NCBI RefSeq assembly: GCF_004010195.1
Contig: NC_057728.1
Location: forward strand, 47,836,166 to 47,870,352
Origin: Chiloscyllium plagiosum
Lineage: Eukaryota
Direction of reading: 5' to 3'
Length of the DNA stretch: 34,187 bases
In this document: positions 1-11,740 of the stretch, in pieces
How the letters are laid out: each line of letters starts with the position of its first letter
How positions within the stretch are numbered: position 1 is the first letter of the stretch
Position numbers and translations under genes: made by a program
The notes under the pieces: model-generated
What the model saw: the letters and a program-made list of their open reading frames with translations, nothing else
Database searches by the model: none
Told to the model about the DNA's origin: nothing

Positions 1-430
1 CTTATAAATCACTTCTGCATTCTTCACAATCTGAAGTCAATGTTAAAAGACGCTTTTAGAGGAAAATAATAAAACAAAGCTTAAATGAAAACATTAGATT
101 GATGTTTCAGGAAATTGAAAATACTATGATACTCATATGTATAATTTCACCTCATTTGCAAATGCAAAGCAATACCAAATAAATTAACTTCTCCTGGGAA
201 AGAAGTGGGTAATCTGCAAGCAAGAGTATCTTTAATTGCTTTGTAGGAACTCTAACTCTCAGAGTACATGCACAATCAGTGGCTCCATAATTACATATTT
301 TCCTTATTTGCTTTCTTATCAATTTGGTAATCTCATTTCTTAGTTCTTTCATTGGAAAATACATGTTAGAATACTTATTCATGTATCAGCTTATGAAAGA
401 ATGTCAGCAGACTATCCTTCCAGGAGTACA

Positions 431-718
431 TAGATTAGATTAGATTCCGTACAGTGTGGAAACAGGCCCTTTGGCCCAACAAGTCCACACCGACCCATCG
501 AAGAGCAACCCACCCAGATACATTCCACCCCTAACACTATGGGCAATTTAGCTTGGCCAATTCACCTAACCTGCACATCTTTGGACTGTGGAAGGAAGCC
601 CATGCAGACACAGGGAGAATGTGCAAACTCCACATAGACAGTTGCCTGAGGCGGGAATTGAACTCAGGTCCCTGGATCTGTGAGGCAGCCGTGCTAACCA
701 CTGAGCCACTGTGCCACC
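431..718 (-). mobile_element. HE1-like tRNA-derived V-SINE
   Basis: The reverse complement reads GGTGGCACAGTGGCTCAGTGGTTAGCAC (A box), then the V-domain core TGTGGAGTTTGCACATTCTCC, then the tail GGCCTGTTTCCACACTGTA..(AATCT)n. It is homologous to the copies at 4637, 11050 and 21004. Confidence 0.92.
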
Positions 719-2009
719 ATCAAAAACCATGTCTATCCCTTATCTTTATCCATGCTCATAGACAATTCAGAGACTCATGATAATAATCCAAAATAAGGAT
801 CCTGTTTGTAAGTGCGGGTGCCAGACAAGAAAAGAGTCATGTGCTTCAAAGATTGATGAAAATTAATAAATGTCTTATGTATTAAACTATTTTTCTAATC
901 AACCTATTGTACTAAACAGAACTCAATCACATTAATTAATTTATATTGAGGTTTTGTTTAATTAGCTTAAAATGGCAAAACAAAAATGATTTCTATCATC
1001 TTAAGTGGTGTATTGAAGTTTATGTGCATGTCCACATCAATTAATAAACATCAAAGGAACACACATTGGTTTATGTTAAACCTTGGAGGAGATTCTGCAG
1101 ATTTTAAAGTAGTCTGAATTATGCATATCATCAAAAATTAGTTAACTGCTTAATATGGTATACATATTAAAATCCTTAAATCCAAAGGAGGCCTAGAGTT
1201 TTAAATGGGAACCCTACAGACATAAATTTATTGATATTTCCTGGTTTAAGCTCAAAGATGGTTTCAAGGAATTTGAATGCTGGAATAATTAACATTAACT
1301 CTGTACAGAATCTTCCCATGTCCTGAGTGATGTAGGCTATGGCAGGGAATTTTCGAAAATTAGATGAGATGTCAAGTTAGGCCTTACTAAATATTGAGAT
1401 CAAAACAACTTATTTTCTAATAATGTTCCAGATATCGTGACAAGATTGTTGCTAGTGAGCAGCGAGAGGCCTATTAACCAGGATTATTGCTCATTATTAT
1501 CACCCTCTTTTCCACCCAACCTCAGCTCATTCATAATATGCGGGCTCCCACTCTTCCACCCTAGAAACAAGAAGCCAAGAATTTCTGACATGAAAGTCAG
1601 AGCATGTACCTGGCAACTCAATCTCATTGCTTTCTCTTTCAGGTCTCCATCTTGGACATTCAGCACCAACATCTTAAGCCATGTTTCATGGACAGTAGAT
1701 ACACACCATGGTGGTTGACATCCAACATGTCCCAGCCTCACCACATCACAGTACCTCTTTGAACAGCTTACACAATACAGGTGGTCACCATTATCATGAT
1801 GGAAGGGAATGTGCATCATGATAGTGGGCAGGACTAAACTGTAGTGACAGTGCTCAGTCAGTCAGGATGGGAGTTTCAGTCATAATTCCAGGTGCTGGGT
1901 GGGAACATGTCAGGGGTCAGTGGAGGTGAGCTGTCCAGGGACTGGCAGGAAGGAAAATGCATGGAGGGTAGTGGGAAACTGATGACTAGCTAAGGCTGTG
2001 ACTCACAGT

Positions 2010-2495
2010 GAGCCCACACCTCCCCCCTCACCTCCCTCCAAGGCCCCAAAGGAAACTTCCATATCCGCCACAAATTCACCTGCACCTCCACACACATCAT
2101 CTATTGCATCCTCTGCACCCGATGTGGCCTCCTCTATATTGGGGAGATAGGCTGCCTACTTACGGAGCATTTCAGAGAACACCTCTGAGACACCCGGACC
2201 AATCAACCCAACCACCCTGTGGCTCAACACTTCAACTCCCCCTCACACTCCACCAAGGATATGCAGGTCTTTGGACCCCTCCATCGCCAGACCACAACAA
2301 CACAACGGTTGGAGGAAGAGCGCCTCATCTTCCGCCTAGGAACCCTCCAACCACAAGGGATGAACTCGGATTTCACCACTTTCCTCATTTCCCCTCCCCC
2401 CACCATGTCTCAGTCAAATCCATCGAATTCAGCACCGCCTTTCCAGCAACACATTTTCAGCTCTGATCTCCAGCATCTGCAGACCTCACTTTCTC
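2010..2495 (+). mobile_element. 5'-truncated Penelope-like element (GIY-YIG endonuclease remnant plus pLTR tail), 14-bp TSD
   Basis: Translates to ...HIIYCILCTRCGLLYIGE...HFREHL*DTR...VAQHFNSPSH...RLEEERLIFRLGTLQPQGMN, the same family as the element at 27205-28242. Flanked by the direct repeat CTGTGACTCACAGT at 1996-2009 and 2496-2509. Confidence 0.9.
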
Positions 2496-3289
2496 CTGTG
2501 ACTCACAGTCTCTAGCTTGACCAGTTTTGCCTTCCACAATCTCTCAATTTCTAAATACATCCAACATGTGCAAAATGGCTGCACCTACAAGCAAAATGGG
2601 AGGTATCAGTGTTTTATTTTCTAAGTTAATAAGCACATCATGCTAGTGAGCAATGGGAGGCCCTTCAATGGGTAATTGCATCGATCTTACACTTGCAGAG
2701 TACAGTTTGAAATCAATTTCAACCATATCATCGAGCATATAAAATGCGTGCAGTATCCAACTGTGTGGGGTGCAAATCTGGGCAACAAACAATCTTGATC
2801 ATGTCATTGGTCCTTGCAGATTGAAGATTGGTGTCTTTGTGAAGCAGAATTAACCAGAGGTGAGAGAGTGGAGAATGGTTCAGTAATCATATAGCACGTG
2901 CAATGTCCTACTGTGTCTTTGTGTTGTGACCGGTAGCATTTTCATCAGAATATGGTTGAATGTCAAAACTCCATGTAGAGTCATACGACATCCCTCCTTG
3001 TCAAAGTGTCCCATATCCTACTGTATGAAACAGAATGCATGGCCATTATTTGAGAATGATGTGAATGCTGACTGCTCGTGTTACTAAGAATCTGTTCCTC
3101 ACGTTCCTCACATGGGTAAGCTGCAAATGTGACTGGATGATTCAGCCATAGCAATTGTTATCATTGGTGCAGTCAAGATGTAAAGAAATGGAAGAGGAAC
3201 AGATGTGCCAGTCTGCACTGGAAGAAGCCACAGTTGAAGGGCCACTGCAGCAGATAAAGGAGGGCCAGGATTTATCATCTATGGTGCCA

Positions 3290-4055
3290 TTTCCTCCACG
3301 AGTAGGTGTCAGTGCAGATACAACATGTCCTGGACACTGTCACAGAACTGTGCCAACTGCTGGAGTGGAATCTGCACCCTGAAGAACTGTGTGGCTATCA
3401 TAGCCCAGTGGCTGTCATTTTTATGCTACTGACTTCTTCCAATGAGCCGTTAATATTTCTCAATTGTCCACTTACAAATGTATCAAGGCTGTTGCAAATA
3501 CCATTTGTAGCACGTTGCACCATTTCCTCTTGCTCCCCTGTGACATGGTCAGTGCTGCAGCCCGAGGCAGAACGAGTCAGCTACACAGCTGACCTCTCCC
3601 AAGGACAGGACACACTAAACTATACACATGCCTTGTTGAGAGGTCCATGTCATAACCATGCTGAGTTTGTCAATAGAAAGGGTTCCATTCCATAAATTTT
3701 CAAGTGATCTGTGATCACATCTTAGACATTTTCACGTGGTTCACTGATACAAGTCTTACATCATTGAGAAATCTTATGTTTCTTCTGTGTTTGAGGGACC
3801 AGATGGCTTACAATATAGCTACTGGTGGAAAGACGCTATCCTACATGACTATGGCTGATGACTCCATTACAGAAACTCGACGGAGGCTGAACATAGATAC
3901 AACACTGTCCAGTCTTTGACCAGGGCCATGTTGGAAAAGCCAACCAGCCTCTTGAAGGTGAGGTTCTGCTATGAGGATTGGTCTGGGTGCCCCTGCAGGA
4001 GACTCCAAAAAGTGTTCCACATAATCCTGTCATGCTGAGCCTTGCACAATAGGAG
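3290..4055 (+). pseudogene. Decayed PIF/Harbinger (HARBI1-like) DDE transposase
   Basis: Frameshifted segments DTVTELCQLLE..PVAV, AEFVNRKG/HSINFQVICDH, WLMTPL, TEAEHRYNTVQSLTRAMLEK..LLKVRF..D.SG.PLQ..P and HIILSC*ALHN follow the Harbinger transposase motif order. The boundaries are approximate. Confidence 0.85.
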
Positions 4056-4636
4056 CAGGGAGATGGGGACAAGTTGGGAGAGAGAGTTCTCAACAGGCAG
4101 TAAAAACAAGACAGAACTTAATAGATGCCCACTTCCAGTAGATGAGAGTTGGGTGCGATGATCAATTGTTGATTATAAAATTGTTGGTACTCAACTTCTT
4201 AGCACTTATTTTCTGTACTGAGAGGGAAATACAGCTTCTGATGGTTTTATTTCTGTTTGCTTTTGGTATTGGTGAATAAAGGTGAATATTTTGAATCATT
4301 TGAAGTCTTTCTTGTGTGTGATGGTTCCACACTGAACAATAATAAGGTGTTGGGATATAATGGGCATTTGGGAAGGAATAGCAGTGATGTTGAGGGTTGT
4401 AAGAGAGAAAATGATGAAGGGCAGGTGAAACCTTGCCATCAATGTGCTGTGAGGACTTTGGGAGCTGCTGTGCCACTACGATGACAGTGAAAGGCAACTT
4501 TGGACTGCCAATGCTTAACCAAGTGCACGGCTGGCTTAAAATATGGTGCCAACCCAGGAAGACCAGGGTACCCTGGCATTGGTGAGTAGGAGAATCCAGT
4601 CAGCAAAGAGAAGAGGAGAGGAGAGGGGAGCCATAG

Positions 4637-4962
4637 GGGTGGCACGGTGGCTCAGTAGTTAGCACTGCTGCCTCACAGCACCAGGGTCCCAGGTTCGGTT
4701 CCAGCGTCGCGCAACTGTCTATATGGAGTTTGCACATTCTCCCCGTGTCTGTGTGGGTTTCCTCTGGGTGTTCCAGTTTCCTCCCACAGTCCAAAGATGT
4801 GCAGGTCAGGTGGATTGGCCATGCTAAATTACCCATAGTGTTAGGTCCATTAATCAGGGGTAAATGTAGGGGAATGGGTCTGGATGGTTTACTCTTCGGA
4901 GGGTCGTTGTGGACTTGTTGCACCGAAGGGCCTGTATCTACACTGTAGGGAATCTAATCTAA
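4637..4962 (+). mobile_element. HE1-like V-SINE, full length
   Basis: GGTGGCACGGTGGCTCAGTAGTTAGCAC head, GGTTCGGTTCC B-box-like sequence, V domain and AATCTAATCT tail. Confidence 0.93.
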
Positions 4963-5837
4963 AAGGGACATGGTACATAGTTAATGAGGCCATTTTGGGA
5001 CAATCATGTGAAAAAAACTCACTAAGTCTCATGGAGAGAAACACTCAATGAAGTCCAATGAAACCGACACTTCATCAATTTCTGATAAGTTTCAGCACTT
5101 TGTATTCAATGAACAATATATTAACTACGTGGCTTCACAGAGCAGTTGCCTATGAATCCAAGTAAGAGAAGGTGTATTCCTTTTCTTCATAGATAGGGAA
5201 ATAAAATAATAAATAAATGGGATACAAAGACAATTGCGGTCATTTTAATTTAGTTCTCCAGGTATGAGTTCCGAAGGACTGAATGCAACCACAGGGTTTT
5301 AACTTTTGCTTCATTGTCTTCTGTCAATTGTCCACACTAAATTACAGGATGTGGAAAAGTGAGGTGAAATTAATACATAATTGGTGGGCTATGGTGGTGG
5401 GGTTGGGGGAGGGTACACTGGAATTGTGAGCTAAAATGTTGGTTGTTACTAATTTGTGTTAAACTGGCTCCAGTTGGTAGACAGAAGCTTTGATAGATCA
5501 TAAAACAGGCATTGATTTCTGGGTGGCATTGTAGTTTCTTTTACAAATTAATGCTATTAGTGGATTTAATACAATCCTGGATTGCTGTACTGGAATTGCA
5601 CAAACTGAGCCGACATTGGTAAAATACTGATCAAAGTTTTATGAAGTGGAGAATATGTCTTATGTCCAGTTCATCACAGCATCACCAAAATTCTCATTTT
5701 GTAAGTTCAGAGGACTGGTTGAAGGACACAAAGTCTGTTGTACTTAGTTGCTTGACACATTTTGTTACCAATTGTTAGTATTGTTCTAATGGGTCTTCTT
5801 TACTCAGAAAAGGAATTTTAAATGCAGATCCATCCAG

Positions 5838-5889
5838 GTTGGACTTGATGGACTGAATGGCTTCCTTCAGTATTGCAATAACTTAATGA
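5838..5889 (+). mobile_element. Short CR1-LINE/SINE 3' tail fragment
   Basis: GGACTTGATGGACTGAATGGCTTCCTTCAGTATTG resembles the GGACTTGTTGGGCCGAAGGGCCT tail of the HE1 copies and CR1-type 3' ends. Confidence 0.4.
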
Positions 5890-7038
5890 CCAAATGTAAG
5901 TTTGCTTGCAGAGCTGGAAGGTTCATTTACAGACATTTTATCACCATACTAAGTAACATCAGTGAGCCTCCAGTGAAGCCAAAACTTAATGACTCTATAA
6001 TGATTGGGATTTCATCTATTTCTCAGTCAAAACAAAGTGCCATAGAAGTAAGTAAAGTTACAATCTCACTTAATGTGAATGCACATGAAAACCCCTCATC
6101 AATACATTTTGGACCAGGCAACTCAACCTCCAATGCTCCCACCTTCTCCTTTTCCCAAAACAGCTTCTTAGAAGGCACTCATGATAGATGTTAAAACCCC
6201 TCAGACCAAATCAAATGCGTAAAAATCTTGAGAGATTCCTCTCAAGTCCCTGAAGTGATCAACAATGAATATCTGAAGACAATAAAGCCCATTTTGTGAA
6301 TTTTGCCCAACATCCCAGCCATCGCTTTGACTCAGCCTCATCAGTCACATGCAATACAGTGTATAATTATTAAAAATGTGGCAATCTGGGAGATCTTTTT
6401 TAAGAAATTAAAACTCCTTGTCATTTATTTACTCCTCTTGTCAAAGTTCTCTATCTCCAGTTCTCCTTGCTGGGGTTTGACCCTGAGTATTGTTCCACAG
6501 TAGACTGGAACTCATTGTGACTCTTGGCAATCATTGGTGACAGACCATTCAATCATTGGATAACCATGGTCTTCTCGTCACTCATGCACATGTTTATTTC
6601 TAGCATGGACCTCCGAACAGTGGTCAACATGACAATACATGTCATTCTAAACCCTTGGCTATTAATTCCAATTGTAGCACTCTGACTGATTCACTCAGTC
6701 TAGAATTGTATCTGAGACCCACACTTTGCCTAGCTCCTTGGTTCAACTGCTTGATGATGAGTTAACTCATCTAGACATTGGAGAATTACTTAAAACTTTA
6801 ATATGATCTTGGTGACACTGAGTACCTTCCTGAATATAAAGTCAGTATTTAAAGACACTTGTTTCCAGTTAGTATCAGGAATAGAGCAGAAACTCAATTT
6901 TCCAACTCAATTTTAGGAATGTTAGCTCTGAACCTCTGCTCAAACCGTTAGGAGAACTAGTTACTTTTTTAAAGCATCTGGGAATGGATTACAATTGCAT
7001 GAAACATTATGCATTAATATTGCAAACAGTAACATATA

Positions 7039-7547
7039 CCATACATACTCATGTATAGGTTGAGTTTTGAAGACTATTTTTAAGCCTGAAATTAGAAGTT
7101 GACTTATACATGAGGTATTGTTTTCAAGAGGATGAAATTAATGATTGACATTAGTCAAAAATAGACAAATAAGAGCCAGATCTCTATATAAAATAATAAA
7201 CAACAAAAGGAAAAAGGAATTATGGCCATTATTGTATACTTATCTACAAAATAAGTGTTTTAATTCTGCCTGCTATGGTAGAATGGTACTGTCATACCAT
7301 ATTCCAGTTACCAGTACTGTAAAGTGCATGTAGGTCTACACATATGTACAAAAGTTAGTAGGCATACCAGCAGGTGGTCAGGCCATCTACTGGGGGTATT
7401 TGTACAACGTACAATTCATGGTCAGGAAGAGACACCTGAAAAACTGGGCTGACTTATAAATGAGGTATATGAAAAATACCAGATTTTTTGGCCAAAAATA
7501 AAGAGTCAACTTATGAAAGAAATCGATCTATACACGAGTATATATGG
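7039..7547. mobile_element. Non-autonomous Tc1/mariner (pogo/Tigger-like) DNA transposon (MITE)
   Basis: The left end TA|CCATACATACTCATGTATAGGTTGA matches the reverse complement of the right end TA|CCATATATACTCGTGTATAGATCGA at 23/27 positions. TA flanks lie at 7037-7038 and 7548-7549. The subterminal repeat TGACTTATA(C/A)ATGAGGTAT occurs near 7100 and 7450. Confidence 0.85.
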
Positions 7548-8504
7548 TACTCGAATCATGCCCTTGTGTGCATCATAAAATTTTAAAGAAGAAAATTAGG
7601 AATTTAGGGCACTGGGCCAGTTCAAAATGTCTATAAGATTGATTGGTTCAAACACTGTTCAACTTGGTAAACCAAAGTATTGCTGCATAGAAACATAAAC
7701 TTGACATGTATATGTTAGACACCTAAATGTATATTACTTAGGTTTGCAGGAAGTTGCACTTACATGGCACATGATTAGTTCAAAGCACTGAAAATTTAAA
7801 CATTTGCATGAATCTGCTTTTGAGATCAATGATGACAGACTGTCTGCTGTGCAATTTATTAAGCAGATCTCTGGAAACAATAAACCATGTCAATGTTTGA
7901 AGATGTGCAGTTCCCCATCTTCTGTTTACAGCATTTTAAAAATATGTAATTATTGTCATTCTACCACCAAGATAGAATTGCATGTAACCATTTTCCTTCA
8001 CCCACCCATAAATTGTCTCCTCACCTCTCAGTTCTGCAGCTGCTAACAATTTGTTGATTCTTAATTCAAGTGGTAAATTTTGTTTAATACCCATGACAGT
8101 GACGAGAAGCTAGCTATTTGACTACTGGGACATCACTGCTAAACCAATTGAAACAATCCAGGTTGACACTTTCCAGAAGAAATGATAGAATTGTAATCAG
8201 GGGTTGGCTCATTCTCCTCTTCTTCCTTCTCAGTTAAGGCTAAAGGTGACACCCCAATTGTTGCACCAACTAAGAATTGCCAACAGTATTGAGCAGAAAT
8301 TGAAACGTGAAACTTTCAGAGACTGACATTTCTGTCTATCCCTCCTTCCCCCTCTTCTCAATATTGGAAGGCAATAGCATGCAACGTAGGTTGCATCTGC
8401 TTATTCTCAGGTATTCTGGGACTTGCTGTCCTGGTGCATGATTTGAAAATCCGGGGGGAGCAAGCTTGACTTTGGGCACTCGTAGAAGGAAAGGAAAAAT
8501 TCAA

Positions 8505-8720
8505 AAGCAAAATACGTGGATAGTGAAAATCTGAAATGAAAGCAGAAAAGGCTGGAAATACACAGAAGGTCTGGAAGCATCTTGGGAGACAAACGTATTG
8601 TTAACATTTCAGGCTGCTGAAAGCTCTGATGTAAGATCACTGTCCTGAAACGCTAACTCAGCTTCTTTCCCCACAGATAATACCAGAGCTGCTGAGTATA
8701 ATCAGCATTTTCTACCTTTT
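8505..8720. mobile_element. Old fold-back Penelope-pLTR-derived repeat (family C) with decayed hammerhead motif
   Basis: Imperfect inverted arms (GCAGAAAAGGCTGGAAATACACAG / CTGCTGAGTATAATCAGCATTTTCTAC) surround CTGATGTAAGATCACTGTCCTGAAACGCTA at about 8626-8655. Confidence 0.6.
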
Positions 8721-9049
8721 AGTTGCAGTAGATTACCCTCAGGCTCGTTTAGCAGTAATTGTGAACCTTTTATGCCATTAAAAACTCACTGATACCTCAT
8801 TCAACAAGGTGTGACTGTGTCAAGTTTTTACAGTGAAAATTAAAAGCATAAAAATGGAATTATCATCAGTTCAATGATTTATAATTGATTACTGTCTGGG
8901 TGGACACTGGCAGTGAGTATACAACCTGTCAAGAAGCACAAAATTACTGCCAGTGATTTCTCAATTTGTCTGCACATGTCAAACTCCAGATGTTGCTGAT
9001 AGTTTCACTATCATTACCACTGCGCAATCTGGGCTACCATATATAAAGT

Positions 9050-9165
9050 AAAGCTTGTATTAATATAGCAACTTTCACGATCTCAGGATGTCTGAAAGCA
9101 CCTTCTAGCCTTGAACTGTACTTTATAAGGCGGGATTCTGTTATAATGCTGGAATGTAAGACAGA
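9050..9165 (-). mobile_element. SacSINE1/Deu-type SINE 3' tail fragment
   Basis: The reverse complement reads ...TGCTTTCAGACATCCTGAGATCGTGAAAGTTGCTATATTAATACAAGC, resembling the recalled 3' end of shark Deu-SINEs. Confidence 0.5.
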
Positions 9166-9668
9166 ATGCAAAAAGGGTTCAGCAAAAGCCTAGATAATCT
9201 ACACTGAAGTTCAAAACAAATTGATTGAATAGAACTACTGCAGGGTGTTCAGATTGTTTTTATAACAATTCAGAGTTTTTGTATTTGGAAGATTGAACTA
9301 TGGATGCATATGAACCAAAAGTATTAATGCGCTCATCGTAATTATTCCTTATTGGATCATGGCGGTTAAAATAATACTTTATGTAAGCAACATGTTACAC
9401 TCTACAGGCTCAAATGCATAAATGACTTTGGATGATTAAAAATGTATTGTTTCTGCATTGCTAGCATCAATGTTATTGTGAATAAACTGTCAGCTCTTAT
9501 TATGTTTCCAGTGTTCCACTGCCATTTGAGGGATGGAATCTCATGGTGCCTTATATTCACATTCAGCAAAGACACACATATCTCAGACATCCCTAATACT
9601 GTGCATTGTCAGCTTATATAGCAATGGGAGGGCTGGGATAGCTAGCTTGCCTTGACTTTTCCTAGATG

Positions 9669-9925
9669 GTTTCTAATCAACCTCTCCAGAAATGTCGTTA
9701 CACACCTCCTGAACAGTTGGGACTGGAACCCAGGCTTATGGTCCAGAGGTGGAAATGTGTTGCTGGAAAAGCGCAGCAGGTCAGGCAGCATCCAGGGAAC
9801 AGGAGAAGGAAGTGAGGAAACTGGTGAAATCCGAGTTCATCCCTTGTGGTTGGAGGGTTCCTAGGCGGAAGATGAGGCGTTCTTCCTCCAACCATCCAGA
9901 GGTACAGCCACTACTACAAGCACCC
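9669..9925 (-). mobile_element. Old tRNA-derived SINE remnant, interrupted by the Penelope fragment at 9751-9894
   Basis: After removing the insertion, the minus strand reads GGTGCTTGTAGTAGTGGCTGTACCTCTGGACC..GGGTTCCAGTCCCA..GGAGGTGTGTAAC..GGTTGATTAGAAA, an A/B-box-like head. Confidence 0.5.
9751..9894 (-). mobile_element. Penelope-like fragment (end of ORF joined to pLTR), 9-bp TSD
   Basis: The minus strand encodes LEEERLIFRLGTLQPQGMNSDFT, joined to pLTR sequence GGATGCTGCCTGACCTGCTGCGCTTTTCCAGCAACACA. The TSD TCCAGAGGT lies at 9742-9750 and 9895-9903. Confidence 0.85.
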
Positions 9926-10419
9926 CTTCTAGATAATTATAGGATACAATAATAATGGACTTGTTGATTTACCAATTGTTACCAATTAGTCTTTATCAAA
10001 CCCCTGGAATGAGGAGCAGAAATGCAAGTTGTGAAAAATTTGGAAACCACATGTCTCAAGTAATTGATTCCTTCTCAGTAGTCTCATGTTAGGTCTGCAA
10101 CTATTTTTATATCATATTTTAAAATGTTCTTTCCTAAAAGAAAACTATCTAGTTTGCATTTGAGTTAATCAACACTGTCTGAACTGCCTTCCTGGCAAAT
10201 TGATGTCACCTCACTTTTCCGCTCTTTTGTGTTACATGTACCCATCCAAATATGGAATAAGTCCCCTGCTTCCACTGTGTGGACAGGGAGAAACAGCTTG
10301 TAAAAGCCAACATTGTCTCATCTCTTTAAACTCATACCAACACAACAACTTCACCTCCCAAAGTTTGCTTTGCCTTTTTCAACTATGGTCCAGTGTTAGA
10401 ATTCTTGACTTTGGTACAG

Positions 10420-10770
10420 CAGATTGTGGATTGAACACCCACTCCAGAGACGTCATCATGTAATATAGAATGACATTTCAAGGTAGTCTGAGGGAGTATG
10501 ACATTGATAGAAGAATTGCTTTTCAGGCAAATGTTAAAGTAATGCACACTTACCCTGTTTCAATGGATGTAAACTACCTCATGGTATGAGAAAGGGTATG
10601 GTTAACATGCATGCCATCCATCAAGAATTGAGTGGGTCATTCATTTATCTATGCACTGTTTGCAGGATTTTGCTACATGCAAGATGTGCTTAAAGTGCTA
10701 TAGCAACTACTTTGCAGAAATAATTCAAAATACAAAGCACTTTTGAACATGAAGCTATGTTCAACTATAA
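10420..10770 (+). mobile_element. Ancient SacSINE1/DeuSINE-like element (highly diverged)
   Basis: The collinear motifs CCCACTCCAGAGAC, CTGAGGGAGT, TGGATGTAAA and TAATTCA..AAAGCACTTT match the recalled Deu-domain SINE consensus order. Confidence 0.55.
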
Positions 10771-11049
10771 CATTATTTTTATTTTCATTCATTCTGATAA
10801 CAGATTTAATAAAATACCCCCAGAGAGTACACGAGATGTCGCTGAAAGTAATATTAACCTAGTCTTGAGAGGTTTGGTCTAGGTGGACAAAACCATTTAA
10901 GTTTAGATTAAAAATATACAAATTTCAGAAGAATGACAAATATATTTGTTGTGTTAAATAAATGTTATGAATCCTAATTTATCCAGCCTTTTCCTCAAAT
11001 TAAGTTAGTGGCTTTTCATATTCTCATACTTGTCTATCACAGAGGATTT

Positions 11050-11357
11050 GGGTGGCACGGTGGCACAGTGGTTAGCACTGCTGCCTCACAGCGCCAGACA
11101 CCTGGGTTCAATTCCTGCCTTGGGCAACTGTCTGTGTGGAGTTTGCACATTGGCTGTGAGAGTCTCCTCTGGGTGCTCCAGTTTCCTCCCGCAGTCCAAA
11201 GATGTGCAGGTTAAGTGAATTGGTCATGCTAAGTTGCCTGTAGTGTCAGGTGAAGGGGTAAATGTAGGAGAATGGGTCTGGGTGGGTCGCTCTTCGGAAG
11301 GTCGGTGTGGACTTATTGGGCCGAAGGGCCTGTTTCCACACTGTAAGTAATCTAATC
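11050..11357 (+). mobile_element. HE1-like V-SINE
   Basis: tRNA-like head, V domain and GGCCTGTTTCCACACTGTAAGTAATCTAATC tail. Confidence 0.93.
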
Positions 11358-11646
11358 ATTTTTAAATTCTACTTTTTGCTGTTTCAAGGTGACAAGAAGC
11401 TGATGCTGCATTGGCAGAGGGCAGATACTGAAAATGCTGCTGTTGCTTCAAAGGAGGAACGAATGAATTCACAAAGTTCATAGGACAGCCTGTTCAAGAG
11501 GATTCATCCTTTCCCTGCTGGAATCAGGCGACCTTCGTCACCCAGAGCTTCAGCTAAACAATCAGAACGTCACCTCCCAAAATGCAAACTTCCATTGTTT
11601 GGCCCCAGCACAGAACATTATGCTTTCCCTGTTTGCCCTTCCATCA

Positions 11647-11686
11647 GGATTCCTGAAGAAGGGCTTATGCCCGAAACGTCGATTCT
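11647..11686 (+). ncRNA. Minimal type I hammerhead ribozyme motif (intact core)
   Basis: GGAUUC-CUGAAGA-A-GGGC(UUAU)GCCC-GAAA-CG-UC^-GAUUCU. It has the core CUGANGA/GAAA/UH, a 4-bp stem II, a palindromic ACGU stem III and an imperfect stem I. Predicted cleavage is after 11680. Confidence 0.75.
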
Positions 11687-11740
11687 CCTGCTCCTTGGAT
11701 GCTGCCTGACCTGCTGCGCTTTTCCGGCCACACATTTTTC
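11647..11740 (+). mobile_element. 94-bp Penelope pLTR-derived mini-insertion (family A), 13-bp TSD
   Basis: Close match to the pLTR sequence at 16631-16717 and 28162-28245. The TSD TGCCCTTCCATCA lies at 11634-11646 and 11741-11753. Confidence 0.88.

Noticed and set aside
4637..4710. tRNA gene at the SINE heads (also 11050, 21004 and 650-718)
   Set aside because: These are A/B-box-like heads continuous with the HE1 SINE body and tail; there is no complete cloverleaf.
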